In this document: in pieces, positions 18,075-26,981 of the stretch
Layout of the letters: the number at the start of each line of letters is the position of its first letter
How positions within the stretch are numbered: position 1 is the stretch's first letter
DNA from: a virus
IMG/VR virus record: IMGVR_UViG_3300029868_000028
DNA: 36,470 nucleotides
Strand: one strand, 5' to 3'
The notes under the pieces: model-generated
Told to the model about the DNA's origin: nothing
The model's input: the letters and a program-made list of their open reading frames with translations, nothing else
Databases searched by the model: none
Made by a program: the position numbers and the translations under genes

Positions 18075-20312
18075 ATGGGAGTCCAAAAAATGAAAGAGAT
18101 GGCAATAGGTTTTGTAATCGGTGGGGTAATAGCTTCATCTTTAAAATCCTCATTAAATACAACTACTAAAAGTTTAGCACAAATTGGTAATGAAGTAAAG
18201 AAACTCAATAAGCAAAAAATTGATATTAAAAGATTTAGAGAGCTTCAAAAAAATACCCAAGGGAATAGAAAAGAGTTTGTTAAGTTAGGTCGAAGTTTAA
18301 AAGCTAGTGGTGTTGATTTAAAAAACTTTTCTAAATATACAGTTAAACTAAATAAGCAGTTGTTACAATTAAAGAAAAACTCTGTAATTAAGGGTCGGAT
18401 TGAAATAGAAAAACAAAGCCTATTTTCTCAAAAAGATAGTTTATTTGCTACACTTGGCTTAGCTGCTGCTGTAGGTGGAGTTATAAACTTAAGAAGTGAA
18501 GTTATGCAAGCCCAAGGTGAGCTTAAATCTTTAAAAATTGGCGATGTTGGCATTGAAAAAATAACCGCCCAAGCTAAAAAATTCAGTAATGAATTTGCTG
18601 GTACTACCACACCTCAATTTATTAAAGCAGCATACGATATAAAAAGTGGTATATCCTCTCTTGGTGATGAAGCAGTGGGTAAGTTTACAAGACTAGCTGC
18701 AATAACAGCTGGGGCTACAAAATCTTCTACTGAACAAATGACCTCATTCTTTGCAACCGGCTATGGTATATATAATAAACAGTTTGCTGAGTTTGGAGCT
18801 AGAACCATTAAGGGATGGGATAAACTAAGTCAAGAAGAAAAAGATATTAAGTTTGGAGAAAGCTTTAGTGCTGGAATTGGTACCGCGGTGCAGATGTTTA
18901 AAACAGACGGTACTAAAATGCAAAATGCTATGGAAACACTTGGAGCAGCAGCTACTACTTCAAATGTACCACTATCTGAGCAGATAGCAATACTAGGACA
19001 AATGCAAAAAACTTTTGCAAGTGGTAGTGAGGCTGCAACTGCATATAAGGGCTTTTTGTCGGGTGCAGTAAAAGCACAAGAAGAACTAGGATTAGAATTT
19101 TTAGATAGTAACAACCAATTAAAATCAGCACCTCTTATACTTGAAGAATTAAGAACAAAATATGGTGATACTTTAGACGATATGGAAAAACAAGAACTTA
19201 AGAAAGCTTTTGGTACTGAAGAGGGTTTAAAATTTATTACTGCATACTATGGGGAGGTTGACGAATTAAAAACCAATATCAATTCAATGGCTTCATCTAT
19301 GAAAGATGGGACCAAAACAGTAGATGATATGATGAAAGCTACACAAAGTGGTAAAGGTTTTACTTTGTTTGCTCAGCAAATGGGAAACTTAGGTGCTACA
19401 GTTGGTAAGATATTTTATCCAGCACTATCACTTGCTACTACTGTTTTAGGTGTGTTGGTTGTTGGGCTTGATAGTCTTATAACAGAATTTCCAATTGTTT
19501 TTAATGCTATAGGTTTTGTAGTCGGTGGATTTATTACATATATTGCAATTTCAAAAACTGCAATGATTGTATCTACTGCTTATAAAATATCTATGTTAGC
19601 ACTAAGAGGTTCTTTTTTAGCGAATGTTGGAGTAGTTAAAGCATTGAGAATTTCACTCAATAGGCTAACTATTCAAAAGATAGGAACAACATTAAAAACC
19701 AAAGCCTTAATCGTAAGTACATGGGCTTTGGGTGCAGCACAAACAGCTGCTGGAATGGCTGGCAAAGTGTTTGCTACTGGTATGATGATAGCAGGCAAGG
19801 CTATGAACTTTCTAAAAATGAATGTACGGCTTTTGATAGGTGCTACTGGTATCGGTTTATTACTTGTAGCAGCTGGTCTTATTTACGAGTACTGGAGTCC
19901 TATAAAAGAGTTTTTTAGTGATTTATGGGATGGAATTATGCAAAAAGCTATGCCATTTTTCAACTGGATAAGTGATAAAATTAGTATTGTTGGCGAAACG
20001 ATAAGCTCATTTGCTAGTTTCTTTGGTTTTGGGGATGATGAAGAAGATACTACAAAAAAATCTAAAGTAGGGGGTACTCTAAAAAAAGCTACTGCTAGTA
20101 TGGTAGTAGGTTCTCAATTAGCAACGGCTCAACCTAATCTAAGTTATGCACAAATGCCAGATATTCAACCAAAGACCCAAACGCAACAAATAACACAACA
20201 TGTAAAGGTAGTGATAAACAATCCAGCGGACACGGTTGAAGTAGAAAAGGCTATTAGAAACGCTATGGCTAATGGTGGTGCAGATAGAAGTCTAAGTGAT
20301 GAGGATATTTAG
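18075..20312 (+). CDS. Tail tape measure protein
   Basis: 745 aa, with a coiled-coil N-terminus, hydrophobic central segments, and the expected position after E/E'. Confidence 0.8.
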   Translation: MGVQKMKEMAIGFVIGGVIASSLKSSLNTTTKSLAQIGNEVKKLNKQKIDIKRFRELQKNTQGNRKEFVKLGRSLKASGVDLKNFSKYTVKLNKQLLQLKKNSVIKGRIEIEKQSLFSQKDSLFATLGLAAAVGGVINLRSEVMQAQGELKSLKIGDVGIEKITAQAKKFSNEFAGTTTPQFIKAAYDIKSGISSLGDEAVGKFTRLAAITAGATKSSTEQMTSFFATGYGIYNKQFAEFGARTIKGWDKLSQEEKDIKFGESFSAGIGTAVQMFKTDGTKMQNAMETLGAAATTSNVPLSEQIAILGQMQKTFASGSEAATAYKGFLSGAVKAQEELGLEFLDSNNQLKSAPLILEELRTKYGDTLDDMEKQELKKAFGTEEGLKFITAYYGEVDELKTNINSMASSMKDGTKTVDDMMKATQSGKGFTLFAQQMGNLGATVGKIFYPALSLATTVLGVLVVGLDSLITEFPIVFNAIGFVVGGFITYIAISKTAMIVSTAYKISMLALRGSFLANVGVVKALRISLNRLTIQKIGTTLKTKALIVSTWALGAAQTAAGMAGKVFATGMMIAGKAMNFLKMNVRLLIGATGIGLLLVAAGLIYEYWSPIKEFFSDLWDGIMQKAMPFFNWISDKISIVGETISSFASFFGFGDDEEDTTKKSKVGGTLKKATASMVVGSQLATAQPNLSYAQMPDIQPKTQTQQITQHVKVVINNPADTVEVEKAIRNAMANGGADRSLSDEDI

Positions 20313-20533
20313 GTATCATCACACTTAATATAAGGCTTCATTGTTTGAGCTACTTTCTCTATATCTTTTGCTTTGATATAGTTCTCTAACCAACTTTCTA
20401 CCCAAGGAGGAACTGGCTTATTTTCATCATTCCAATTATTTACAGTGTTGTATGAGATGTTAGATAAATTTGCAAATTCTTTTTTACTTAAATTTATATC
20501 TTTTAATTTCTTTGTTAATTCTACTTTAAGCAC
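20309..20533 (-). CDS. Small XRE/Cro-like HTH protein, reverse-oriented inside the tail operon
   Basis: LSKKEFANLSNISYNTVNNWNDENKPVPPWVESWL resembles the 35157..35387 protein. Confidence 0.6.
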   Translation of the reverse strand: MLKVELTKKLKDINLSKKEFANLSNISYNTVNNWNDENKPVPPWVESWLENYIKAKDIEKVAQTMKPYIKCDDT

Positions 20534-20604
20534 TATAAAATCCTATAAATATATTTAATTGATGTATTATTTTATCATAATATATGTAAAAGATGTATTT
20601 AATA

Positions 20605-20633
20605 TTGACATTTATATTTATTTGATGTATAGT
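20605..20633 (+). promoter_or_regulatory. Sigma70-like promoter TTGACA-17-TATAGT for the Rha-like gene, overlapped by GATGTAT repeats
   Basis: The hexamers and the 17-bp spacer were read directly. GATGTAT occurs at 20561, 20592 and 20624, with an inverted ACATC at 20646. Confidence 0.5.
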
Positions 20634-20663
20634 TGTATATATAAAACATCAAAGGAATGTAAA

Positions 20664-21329
20664 ATGAAGAACTTAATTGAAGTTGTGAATAGCGAACCAA
20701 GAGTATCACATAGAATAATTGCTGAAAATACTAGCAATAAAGCTAAAAATATCAATGAACTTATTAAAAAGTATATGGATGATTTTAATGAGTTTGGTAT
20801 TGTTCCGTTTGAAACGGAGAAATTAAATCAAGGGGCAGGAAGAAGCCAAATAACTTATTATCTAAATGAGCAACAATTTTATCTACTTATGACATATCTT
20901 AGAAATAGTGAAGTAGTTAGAAGTTTCAAAAAGCAACTTATCAAAGAGTTCTTTAGCTTAAAAGAAGAAATAAATATCTACCAGCTAAGAGGTCGCATTG
21001 GTGGGCTTACCACTTCTAACCAAAAATATCAAAAGATAGTAGTTGCTTTAAGTGATGAAGTAGAGTTATTGAAACTTCAAATGAATACATTAAAAGCTCT
21101 ACCAGCACCAAAAGAAAAGTGTGTACTTCCTCATAGATTTTTAGGAAGAAATGCTTTACTTGATTTTGTTGGTGCAGTTCAAAAAGAGCAGCAGTGTATA
21201 AAAATGCTTTTTGATGAAGTAGCTCAGCTTCATCACAACACAAACTACATGCAAGAAAAGTTTTTTGAGTTATATCCCGAAGCAAATCCAAACGCAATAT
21301 ATAATAAAGAGATACATATACATCTATAA
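20664..21329 (+). CDS. Rha-family phage regulatory protein (start moved to ATG 20664)
   Basis: The N-terminus EPRVSHRIIAENTSNKAKNINELIKKY...ITYYLNEQQFYLLMTYLRNSEVVRSFKKQLIKEF has the Rha-like pattern. Confidence 0.6.
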   Translation: MKNLIEVVNSEPRVSHRIIAENTSNKAKNINELIKKYMDDFNEFGIVPFETEKLNQGAGRSQITYYLNEQQFYLLMTYLRNSEVVRSFKKQLIKEFFSLKEEINIYQLRGRIGGLTTSNQKYQKIVVALSDEVELLKLQMNTLKALPAPKEKCVLPHRFLGRNALLDFVGAVQKEQQCIKMLFDEVAQLHHNTNYMQEKFFELYPEANPNAIYNKEIHIHL

Positions 21330-21401
21330 AATATTTTTTGTCCCCTTTTAAAATAACCTACTTTTTTAATAAACTCTTACAAATTAAAGTAGGAGTTTGT
21401 T

Positions 21402-21788
21402 TTGTTGGCACAAATCAGTGATTATGTATTTGAAATTAATGAAACAAACTTTGATAAGCTAAAAAGTACACTTAATTTTAGATTTACTTCAAGTCAAAGA
21501 CTTGGTAACTTTGATAGTTGGCAAAGTGTAGGCAAGTATGAAGAAACAGTTGAGATAAACGGTGTTTTGATAGCTAAGAGTCAAGAGCAGCTAAAAGACT
21601 TTGAACTGATGGCTAGAGATAAGCTACCGGTTACTATGGCTTTTAGTAATGGAACATGTAGCACGATTATTATATTAACTCTTGAAACTGAAAAAAATAC
21701 ATTTTTAAAAGATGGTGCATTTTTAAGACAAACATATAAGATAAATCTAGCTGTAATTGGTGATGGGTATAGATATGAAAACAGTTAA
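21402..21788 (+). CDS. Tail protein, P2 gpU-like (TTG start, AGGAG RBS)
   Basis: The call rests on size, on its position before the X/D genes, and on the sequence pattern. Confidence 0.6.
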   Translation: MLAQISDYVFEINETNFDKLKSTLNFRFTSSQRLGNFDSWQSVGKYEETVEINGVLIAKSQEQLKDFELMARDKLPVTMAFSNGTCSTIIILTLETEKNTFLKDGAFLRQTYKINLAVIGDGYRYENS

Positions 21789-21978
21789 AGCTCAATCTGG
21801 TGATAGATTAGACCAAATAGCATTTAATGAATATGGTACTTTAAAAGTGCTTGACAAACTTATTGAAGCAAACTCACATTTAGTTACAAAAGTAATCCTT
21901 GATGATAATGATATTGTAAATATTCCAGTTATTGAAATCCAAAAACAGACCATTAAAGAGGTGAAATCTTTATGGTAA
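21757..21978 (+). CDS. Tail protein X (P2 gpX-like, LysM-like)
   Basis: VKAQSGDRLDQIAFNEYGTLKVLDKLIEANSHL is present. Confidence 0.65.
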   Translation: MVMGIDMKTVKAQSGDRLDQIAFNEYGTLKVLDKLIEANSHLVTKVILDDNDIVNIPVIEIQKQTIKEVKSLW

Positions 21979-22910
21979 AAACTCCAAACTTTAAATTAAC
22001 TGCAAATGATACTGATGTTACAGATACTTTAAAAAAAGAACTCATATCATTATCTTTCAAAGATGAAGTAAATGAAAAAGCTGATGAGTTAACTATTAAA
22101 GTTGCTGGTGAGTTTACTAGACCTCAATATGAAGATGAGCTAAAGCTATATCTTGGATATGGTGAAGAACTTACTTTTTGTGGTCTTTTTTTAGTCCAAA
22201 CCACTACACGAGATAATAACAATATTCTAAGCATTAGTGCAACTGGTGTTAATTTTGCAAACAGTTTAAAAGAAAAAAGAGATATTACCTATGAGGCTAT
22301 ATCCATTAAAGATATATGTAGTCAAGTAGCTGCTAGAAGTGATTTAAAATTAAAGAGTGATTTTGATGATATTTCTATATTATCAATAGCTCAAAGTAAT
22401 GAGAGTGACCTACATTTTTTAAACAGACTTGCTAAAGAATATAACTCTATATTCAACATCAAAAATGGAACATTAATCTTTACCAAAAAAATAAAAGATA
22501 AGAAGAAAAATGAAGAGTTACCAGCATATGAAATAAGTGCTGATGAAGTAAGTTCTATATCTATTAAACATTCAAATAAAACATTATATAAATCTTGCAA
22601 ATCAACATGGCATGACACCAAAGAAAACAAAGCTAAAGAAATAACAGCTGGTGCTGGTGAACCATGCTTAATTAACAAAGGTAATTTTAAAGATGAGGCT
22701 GAAGCTAAACTAAAAGCTGAAGCTAAACTACAAAGAGCTAACCAAGGTTTAATAAGTGGTACTTTAGCAACTGATGGTGAAATAATCTTTGCTGGCGGTA
22801 AGTTAGACTTGATAGATACACTTGAAGATGATGGTGAGTATCAAATTAAATCAGTTCAGCATGACTATAGTGCTAATGGCTGGAAAATAAATTTAGAGTT
22901 TGAGAGGTAG
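21972..22910 (+). CDS. Late control/tail protein D (P2 gpD-like)
   Basis: 312 aa, following the gpX-like gene. Confidence 0.65.
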   Translation: MVKTPNFKLTANDTDVTDTLKKELISLSFKDEVNEKADELTIKVAGEFTRPQYEDELKLYLGYGEELTFCGLFLVQTTTRDNNNILSISATGVNFANSLKEKRDITYEAISIKDICSQVAARSDLKLKSDFDDISILSIAQSNESDLHFLNRLAKEYNSIFNIKNGTLIFTKKIKDKKKNEELPAYEISADEVSSISIKHSNKTLYKSCKSTWHDTKENKAKEITAGAGEPCLINKGNFKDEAEAKLKAEAKLQRANQGLISGTLATDGEIIFAGGKLDLIDTLEDDGEYQIKSVQHDYSANGWKINLEFER

Positions 22911-22913
22911 AAA

Positions 22914-23321
22914 ATGGATACTTGGATTATAAGTCCTTTAATTATTATTGCTGGGTTTATTGGTACTTTTGCAGTTATAAGAAGTAAAGTTGTTGTTGGT
23001 GAGAGTAAAAATATTAAGCAAGATGAGAGAATTGAAATACTCGAAAAATTTATGAACAACAACACTCCGCTACTCACTCATTTATCTAAAAGTGAAAATA
23101 CTATTTTTAGTAAACTTGATATTCATTCAAACAATATTACAACAATGCAGCAACAAATAGGACAAAGTCCAACAATGAAAGAAGTTAGGGATGAATTTAT
23201 GACAAAAGAAATGTTTAGACAAGTTGAGAAACATATTGATACTAGGTTTGATAGCTTTGAAAAAAAGTTTGATGGGCTTAGTGATGGTTTAGAAAAAATT
23301 TTAACAGCAATAAAGGGGTAA
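22914..23321 (+). CDS. Membrane-anchored coiled-coil protein (possible holin or lysis regulator)
   Basis: It has an N-terminal TM segment, IISPLIIIAGFIGTFAVI, and lies just upstream of the endolysin gene. Confidence 0.3.
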   Translation: MDTWIISPLIIIAGFIGTFAVIRSKVVVGESKNIKQDERIEILEKFMNNNTPLLTHLSKSENTIFSKLDIHSNNITTMQQQIGQSPTMKEVRDEFMTKEMFRQVEKHIDTRFDSFEKKFDGLSDGLEKILTAIKG

Positions 23322-23323
23322 AA

Positions 23324-23773
23324 ATGGCTAAGAAATTTAAAGGTATCGTTATACATTGTAGTGATAGTTCTTTTGGAACTGCACAAGATATAGAAGACTG
23401 GCATAAGGAACGAGGCTGGAGCGATATAGGTTATCACTGCACTATCTCTAATGGATGGATAGATAAAAATAGATATGTGGACTTCATGGACGGTTCTAAA
23501 GAAATTGGTCGTGACTGGAATATAAACGGTTCTCATGCTAAGGGCTATAATGATTGGTTTGGTGTGTGTTTAGTTGGAACTGATACATTTACTCAAAAAC
23601 AGTTTAATTCTTTGCTAGAGGTATATAAACACTTGATTAAAAAGCATGGTATCAGCATAAAAAATATTATAGGGCATTATGAGTGTAAAAACACTACTAA
23701 AACTTGTCCTAATTTTGATGTAGAAGAAGTTAGAAATATGCTTTTAGCTCAGCTGGAGGAATGGAATGGGTAA
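23324..23773 (+). CDS. Endolysin, N-acetylmuramoyl-L-alanine amidase (Amidase_2/PGRP, T7-lysozyme-like)
   Basis: GIVIHCSDS...GYHCTI...GSHAKGYND...IGHYEC...CPNFDV are present. Confidence 0.8.
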   Translation: MAKKFKGIVIHCSDSSFGTAQDIEDWHKERGWSDIGYHCTISNGWIDKNRYVDFMDGSKEIGRDWNINGSHAKGYNDWFGVCLVGTDTFTQKQFNSLLEVYKHLIKKHGISIKNIIGHYECKNTTKTCPNFDVEEVRNMLLAQLEEWNG

Positions 23774-23960
23774 AAATATTAAATTAGCACTCAGATATGT
23801 AATCATCGCTTTTGTGATGTTTATAGTTTATAAGGTGATACAACCATCTTATATAAAAGAAGTTGCAGACCAGCAGCTATTACAAGTTGTTGTAGTAGCT
23901 GTATTTGGTGCTTTAACTTTGATTTTAAAATTTATGTTTGAACAAGGAGTAGATGAATGA
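23766..23960 (+). CDS. Holin-like small membrane protein (two TM segments)
   Basis: The call rests on its hydrophobic profile and on overlap with the endolysin gene. Confidence 0.45.
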   Translation: MGKNIKLALRYVIIAFVMFIVYKVIQPSYIKEVADQQLLQVVVVAVFGALTLILKFMFEQGVDE

Positions 23961-24253
23961 TTAGATTTTATGTAGCCTTAGCGGTGTTTATTGTAATGAT
24001 TGGTGGTACTATTTATGGTGTCATTCTTTATAAAGATAAAGAGTTCCAAGATGAAAAGATTATTTATAAAAATGAGATAAATACTCTTAAATCTGAAAAA
24101 AATAAGTTGATTGTTGATAAAAAAGAAACTAAGTCAAAGAGAGATTTTATCAACAAAGAAAAAAAGATTGTAAAAAAATCAAATGAGACTAAAGCTCATA
24201 CAAAAAAAATGATGGAGAAAAAAGATGTTAAAGAGTTTACTGATAGTTTTTAG
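23957..24253 (+). CDS. i-spanin-like protein (N-terminal TM plus charged coiled coil)
   Basis: The call rests on the protein architecture and on overlap with the next gene. Confidence 0.45.
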   Translation: MIRFYVALAVFIVMIGGTIYGVILYKDKEFQDEKIIYKNEINTLKSEKNKLIVDKKETKSKRDFINKEKKIVKKSNETKAHTKKMMEKKDVKEFTDSF

Positions 24254-24539
24254 TTTATTATTCTTTCTTAGTGGGTGCAGCACTAAAGAGATTTTATATG
24301 TTGATAAAGAATGTGCTAAGCCGACCATTGATATGACAAAGTTTGCTGAACCTAAGACAAATAGTTTTAAGGTTCATAAAGGTAGCTTTGTAGTGACTAT
24401 AAAAAATGAAGATTATGTTGCGATAAAGACAACAAATCAAAGCATAAAAGATAAATATGTTAAGTTGAGAGAATGGACTATTGTAAATATTAAAAATAGT
24501 TTAATTAAGAATGAAATAGCTAAAAAAGAACCTGATTAG
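24225..24539 (+). CDS. Lipoprotein, o-spanin-like
   Basis: A lipobox (LLFFLSGC) is present. The gene overlaps the i-spanin-like gene. Confidence 0.45.
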   Translation: MLKSLLIVFSLLFFLSGCSTKEILYVDKECAKPTIDMTKFAEPKTNSFKVHKGSFVVTIKNEDYVAIKTTNQSIKDKYVKLREWTIVNIKNSLIKNEIAKKEPD

Positions 24540-24548
24540 GTATGTAGA

Positions 24549-24625
24549 TGGTGGGCTTAGCAGGACTCGAACCTGCGACAACCCCGTTATGAGCGGGGGA
24601 CTCTAACCAGCTGAGTTATAAGCCC
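24549..24625 (-). tRNA. tRNA with CAU anticodon (elongator Met or Ile2), 77 nt with encoded CCA
   Basis: The hand-folded cloverleaf has acceptor GGGCTTA/TAAGCCC, D stem ACTC/GAGT, anticodon stem CCCCG/CGGGG with loop CTCATAA, and T stem GCAGG/CCTGC with loop TTCGAGT. G1-C72 argues against an initiator tRNA. Confidence 0.9.
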
Positions 24626-24634
24626 ATCTATTTA

Positions 24635-24666
24635 ACAAAAGGGACACCCAAAGGGACACCCAAATA
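24635..24666 (+). repeat. 32-bp direct repeat copy A (two tandem AAGGGACACCC units); candidate integrase arm-type sites
   Basis: It is identical to 24833..24864. Confidence 0.8.
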
Positions 24667-24832
24667 AATCTTAAAGTAGTTTATCGCCCTCTACAAGGCA
24701 CTTACAGCTTTTTCTAATTATCCGTTATGAGCCGATAGCACATAATACCATAACTTTGTAAACCTCGTTAAATAAGCCTATTTTCCTATCTTGCTATTGT
24801 AAATAAATCTAAATTTTTATATACTTTTAGAT

Positions 24833-24864
24833 ACAAAAGGGACACCCAAAGGGACACCCAAATA
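24833..24864 (+). repeat. 32-bp direct repeat copy B; candidate integrase arm-type sites
   Basis: It is identical to 24635..24666 and lies 22 bp upstream of the int2 start. Confidence 0.8.
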
Positions 24865-24885
24865 TAGCAAAAGGAACTGGGACAA

Positions 24886-25959
24886 ATGGCTATAGATATA
24901 TCTGACTATCCAAATAAAATAAAAACCAATTTGTGGGCTAATAAAAAACATACAATATTCTACTACAATTTTAAAATAGACACTAAGAAACATAGAGGGC
25001 TCATTGATTTGAGTGATAAAGTAGCTTGGAGTAAAAGAGATAAAATCTCAGTAGCTGAAGCTGAGCTTATCAAAATAAAAGCTGATAAAAAAGATGGTGT
25101 ACTTAGCGATAAAATTACATTAGATAAATTTTTAGAAAAACACTATCAACTTCATGCTGAAACCAACTGGAAAAAAACAAGACTTAGTTTTTATGAAACA
25201 TATATTAGTCCAAGTATCGGTAAAAAAACATTAATATCTATAAGACAACTGCACATCAAAGAAGTTATAAAGATACAAGAAAACAAAAAACTAGCACCTA
25301 GGACTGTTAAACAAACTTTAGAGGTATTATCACCAATATTTAAAGCTGCTGTAGCTAATAGATTGATAGTACATAATCCACTTGATGGAATAAAAATAAA
25401 GCTACCAAAAACTAAAAAGATTGTTACTAATGCAACTGATAAACTGATTGAGATATACAAAGCGATACAAGAAGAGTTTAGTGAAGACCCTTTTTATCTA
25501 TCTTTATTTTTATTTGGTTTACAGGGTAGAAGAAGAGGTGAAATTTTAAAGCTTAGATGGGAAGATATGAACTTTAAAAATGATTATTATGTGCTAAGAG
25601 ATACTAAAAACAATGAAGAACAAAAAATATACTTACCGGATAATATCAAAACTGAGTTATTAAAATTTAAAAGAAGTAGTGGCTGGGTATATCAGTCAAG
25701 AAAAACAGATACACATATAGTTGATATTAGAAAAGCTACTGATAAGCTAAAAACTAGGCTTAATGATGATAACTTTGGTATTCACTATCTAAGAAATGTA
25801 ATTGTAAGTGCTATGGCTGAGGCTGGTATGGATAGTATTCATTTAAGTGGTGCATTAGGTCACAATGACCCAAATACTATTACTAAATATCTTACTTTGA
25901 ATTATCTAAAAGGTAGTGAACTTGCAAGTGATGTTATAGATGGCATAGTTAAGAAATAA
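24886..25959 (+). CDS. int: Tyrosine recombinase/integrase 2
   Basis: RRRGEILKLRWEDM, HYLRNVIVSAM (HxxR) and LGHNDPNTITKYL are present. The gene is adjacent to the tRNA and the repeats. Confidence 0.85.
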   Translation: MAIDISDYPNKIKTNLWANKKHTIFYYNFKIDTKKHRGLIDLSDKVAWSKRDKISVAEAELIKIKADKKDGVLSDKITLDKFLEKHYQLHAETNWKKTRLSFYETYISPSIGKKTLISIRQLHIKEVIKIQENKKLAPRTVKQTLEVLSPIFKAAVANRLIVHNPLDGIKIKLPKTKKIVTNATDKLIEIYKAIQEEFSEDPFYLSLFLFGLQGRRRGEILKLRWEDMNFKNDYYVLRDTKNNEEQKIYLPDNIKTELLKFKRSSGWVYQSRKTDTHIVDIRKATDKLKTRLNDDNFGIHYLRNVIVSAMAEAGMDSIHLSGALGHNDPNTITKYLTLNYLKGSELASDVIDGIVKK

Positions 25960-26244
25960 CTATTGTTCATTTCTTACTTCTATAAATTCACCAATACCAA
26001 TAGCAAAAAAACAACCAGTTCCAAGGTCGGTTAACTCATCATCATCCGTGATACGAAGACCAGCGAATTTAGCTATGATGGTTGGTCTATGTTCACCGTA
26101 ACCATTTACAATTTTTACTAGGGCTATAGGGTCTTTTAATCTTTGTTTCCAGTGTAGTCGTATTTCTCTAAAGTCTTCTTTTTTATGACCGTTTAATATT
26201 TTTTCAAACCACTCTTTAGTTACTGATAAATGTAATGTTTTCAT
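25960..26244 (-). CDS. ASCH-like domain protein
   Basis: The pattern LSVTKEWFEKILNGHKKEDFREI was recognised from recall only. Confidence 0.35.
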   Translation of the reverse strand: MKTLHLSVTKEWFEKILNGHKKEDFREIRLHWKQRLKDPIALVKIVNGYGEHRPTIIAKFAGLRITDDDELTDLGTGCFFAIGIGEFIEVRNEQ

Positions 26245-26432
26245 TATCCACCTACTTCTACAGAGTGGCTTTCAATCCATTCATCTATCTTTTTTCTATC
26301 GTAATATATGAAGCCCCCTATTTTGCAATAAGGTATTTTCTTTTGGCTTCTATAGAGTGCTTGGGTACTTTTTTTCATTCCATAAGCTTCTTCAAACTCA
26401 TCCGTATCCATCCATTTTTCATTAGACATCAC
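26244..26432 (-). CDS. xis: Excisionase/AlpA-like HTH protein
   Basis: 62 aa with YGMKKSTQALYRSQKKIPYCKIGGFIYYDRKKIDEWI. Confidence 0.6.
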   Translation of the reverse strand: MMSNEKWMDTDEFEEAYGMKKSTQALYRSQKKIPYCKIGGFIYYDRKKIDEWIESHSVEVGG

Positions 26433-26438
26433 AGACCC

Positions 26439-26981
26439 CTAAAATGGTATCTCATCACCATCTTCATCTTTTTGTGGTGCTGGTTGTTGGTAGCTTTGTT
26501 GCTGCTGTGGTGCTTGATAACTTGCTGGTGTTTGCTGTGAGTTGGCATAATCATCTTGATAGCCTTGATTGTTGTTATCTTGGGTATCTTGCATGGTTTT
26601 AATATCATAAAGATAATTAACCACTTCACCATCAAATCTTGGTTCAGCTTTCCAAACAGCTATAGAGACTTTTGTAAAAGCTACTTCAAGTGTCCCAGTC
26701 ATAAACTTTTTAAGTACACCATCAATAACCTTTTCACCAAGCCATAATGAACCAATAGCAATATCTCTAAAACTATCACCTTTATTTATGTTACTTCTAA
26801 GATAAATAATGAAGTCCGGTTGGTTTGGTTTTTCTTTTCTTTTGTTTGGTGTCATTTTTGCACTAAATGGTCTAATGCCAGCTATTCTAAAATGACATTC
26901 AAGCCATTTAATTACTTTACTCTCTTTTGTATCTTTATCTTTTACACTCATACTTTCTTGTTTTATGAAACCTATTTGCAT
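26439..26981 (-). CDS. DUF736-like domain protein with a Q/P-rich linker and SSB-type acidic C-terminal tip (..DEDGDEIPF)
   Basis: The N-terminus has IGF...NQPDFIIY...IGSLW, a DUF736-like pattern from recall. The C-terminal architecture mimics the SSB linker plus DDDIPF tip. Confidence 0.45.
   Translation of the reverse strand: MQIGFIKQESMSVKDKDTKESKVIKWLECHFRIAGIRPFSAKMTPNKRKEKPNQPDFIIYLRSNINKGDSFRDIAIGSLWLGEKVIDGVLKKFMTGTLEVAFTKVSIAVWKAEPRFDGEVVNYLYDIKTMQDTQDNNNQGYQDDYANSQQTPASYQAPQQQQSYQQPAPQKDEDGDEIPF

Noticed and set aside
17917-18208. Minus-strand ORFs 17917..18162 and 18017..18208 with TM-like peptides
   Set aside because: They are antisense to the E' extension and the tape-measure 5' end, which are supported by synteny. 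They are likely artefacts of AT-rich sequence.
20559-20663. N-terminal extension of the Rha-like ORF (MMYYFIIIYVKDVF...)
   Set aside because: The extension covers the divergent promoter/operator region and translates as low-complexity I/Y/F residues. ATG 20664 precedes the conserved Rha-like N-terminus.
746-23536. Many 60-140-aa antisense ORFs inside the large structural genes (for example 746..1048, 2144..2332, 5758..5952, 6390..6738, 7421..7657, 8738..8974, 9152..9376, 17135..17350, 18428..19114, 21016..21297, 22391..23077, 23123..23536)
   Set aside because: Each lies wholly within a better-supported gene on the other strand and has a low-complexity hydrophobic translation. None has a recognisable motif.
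26235-26635. ORFs 26235..26540 (+) and 26429..26635 (-), with hydrophobic or histidine/lysine-rich translations
   Set aside because: They are antisense or out-of-frame to the excisionase-like gene and the SSB-tailed gene. In particular they read the Q/P-rich linker in other frames. There is no independent support.
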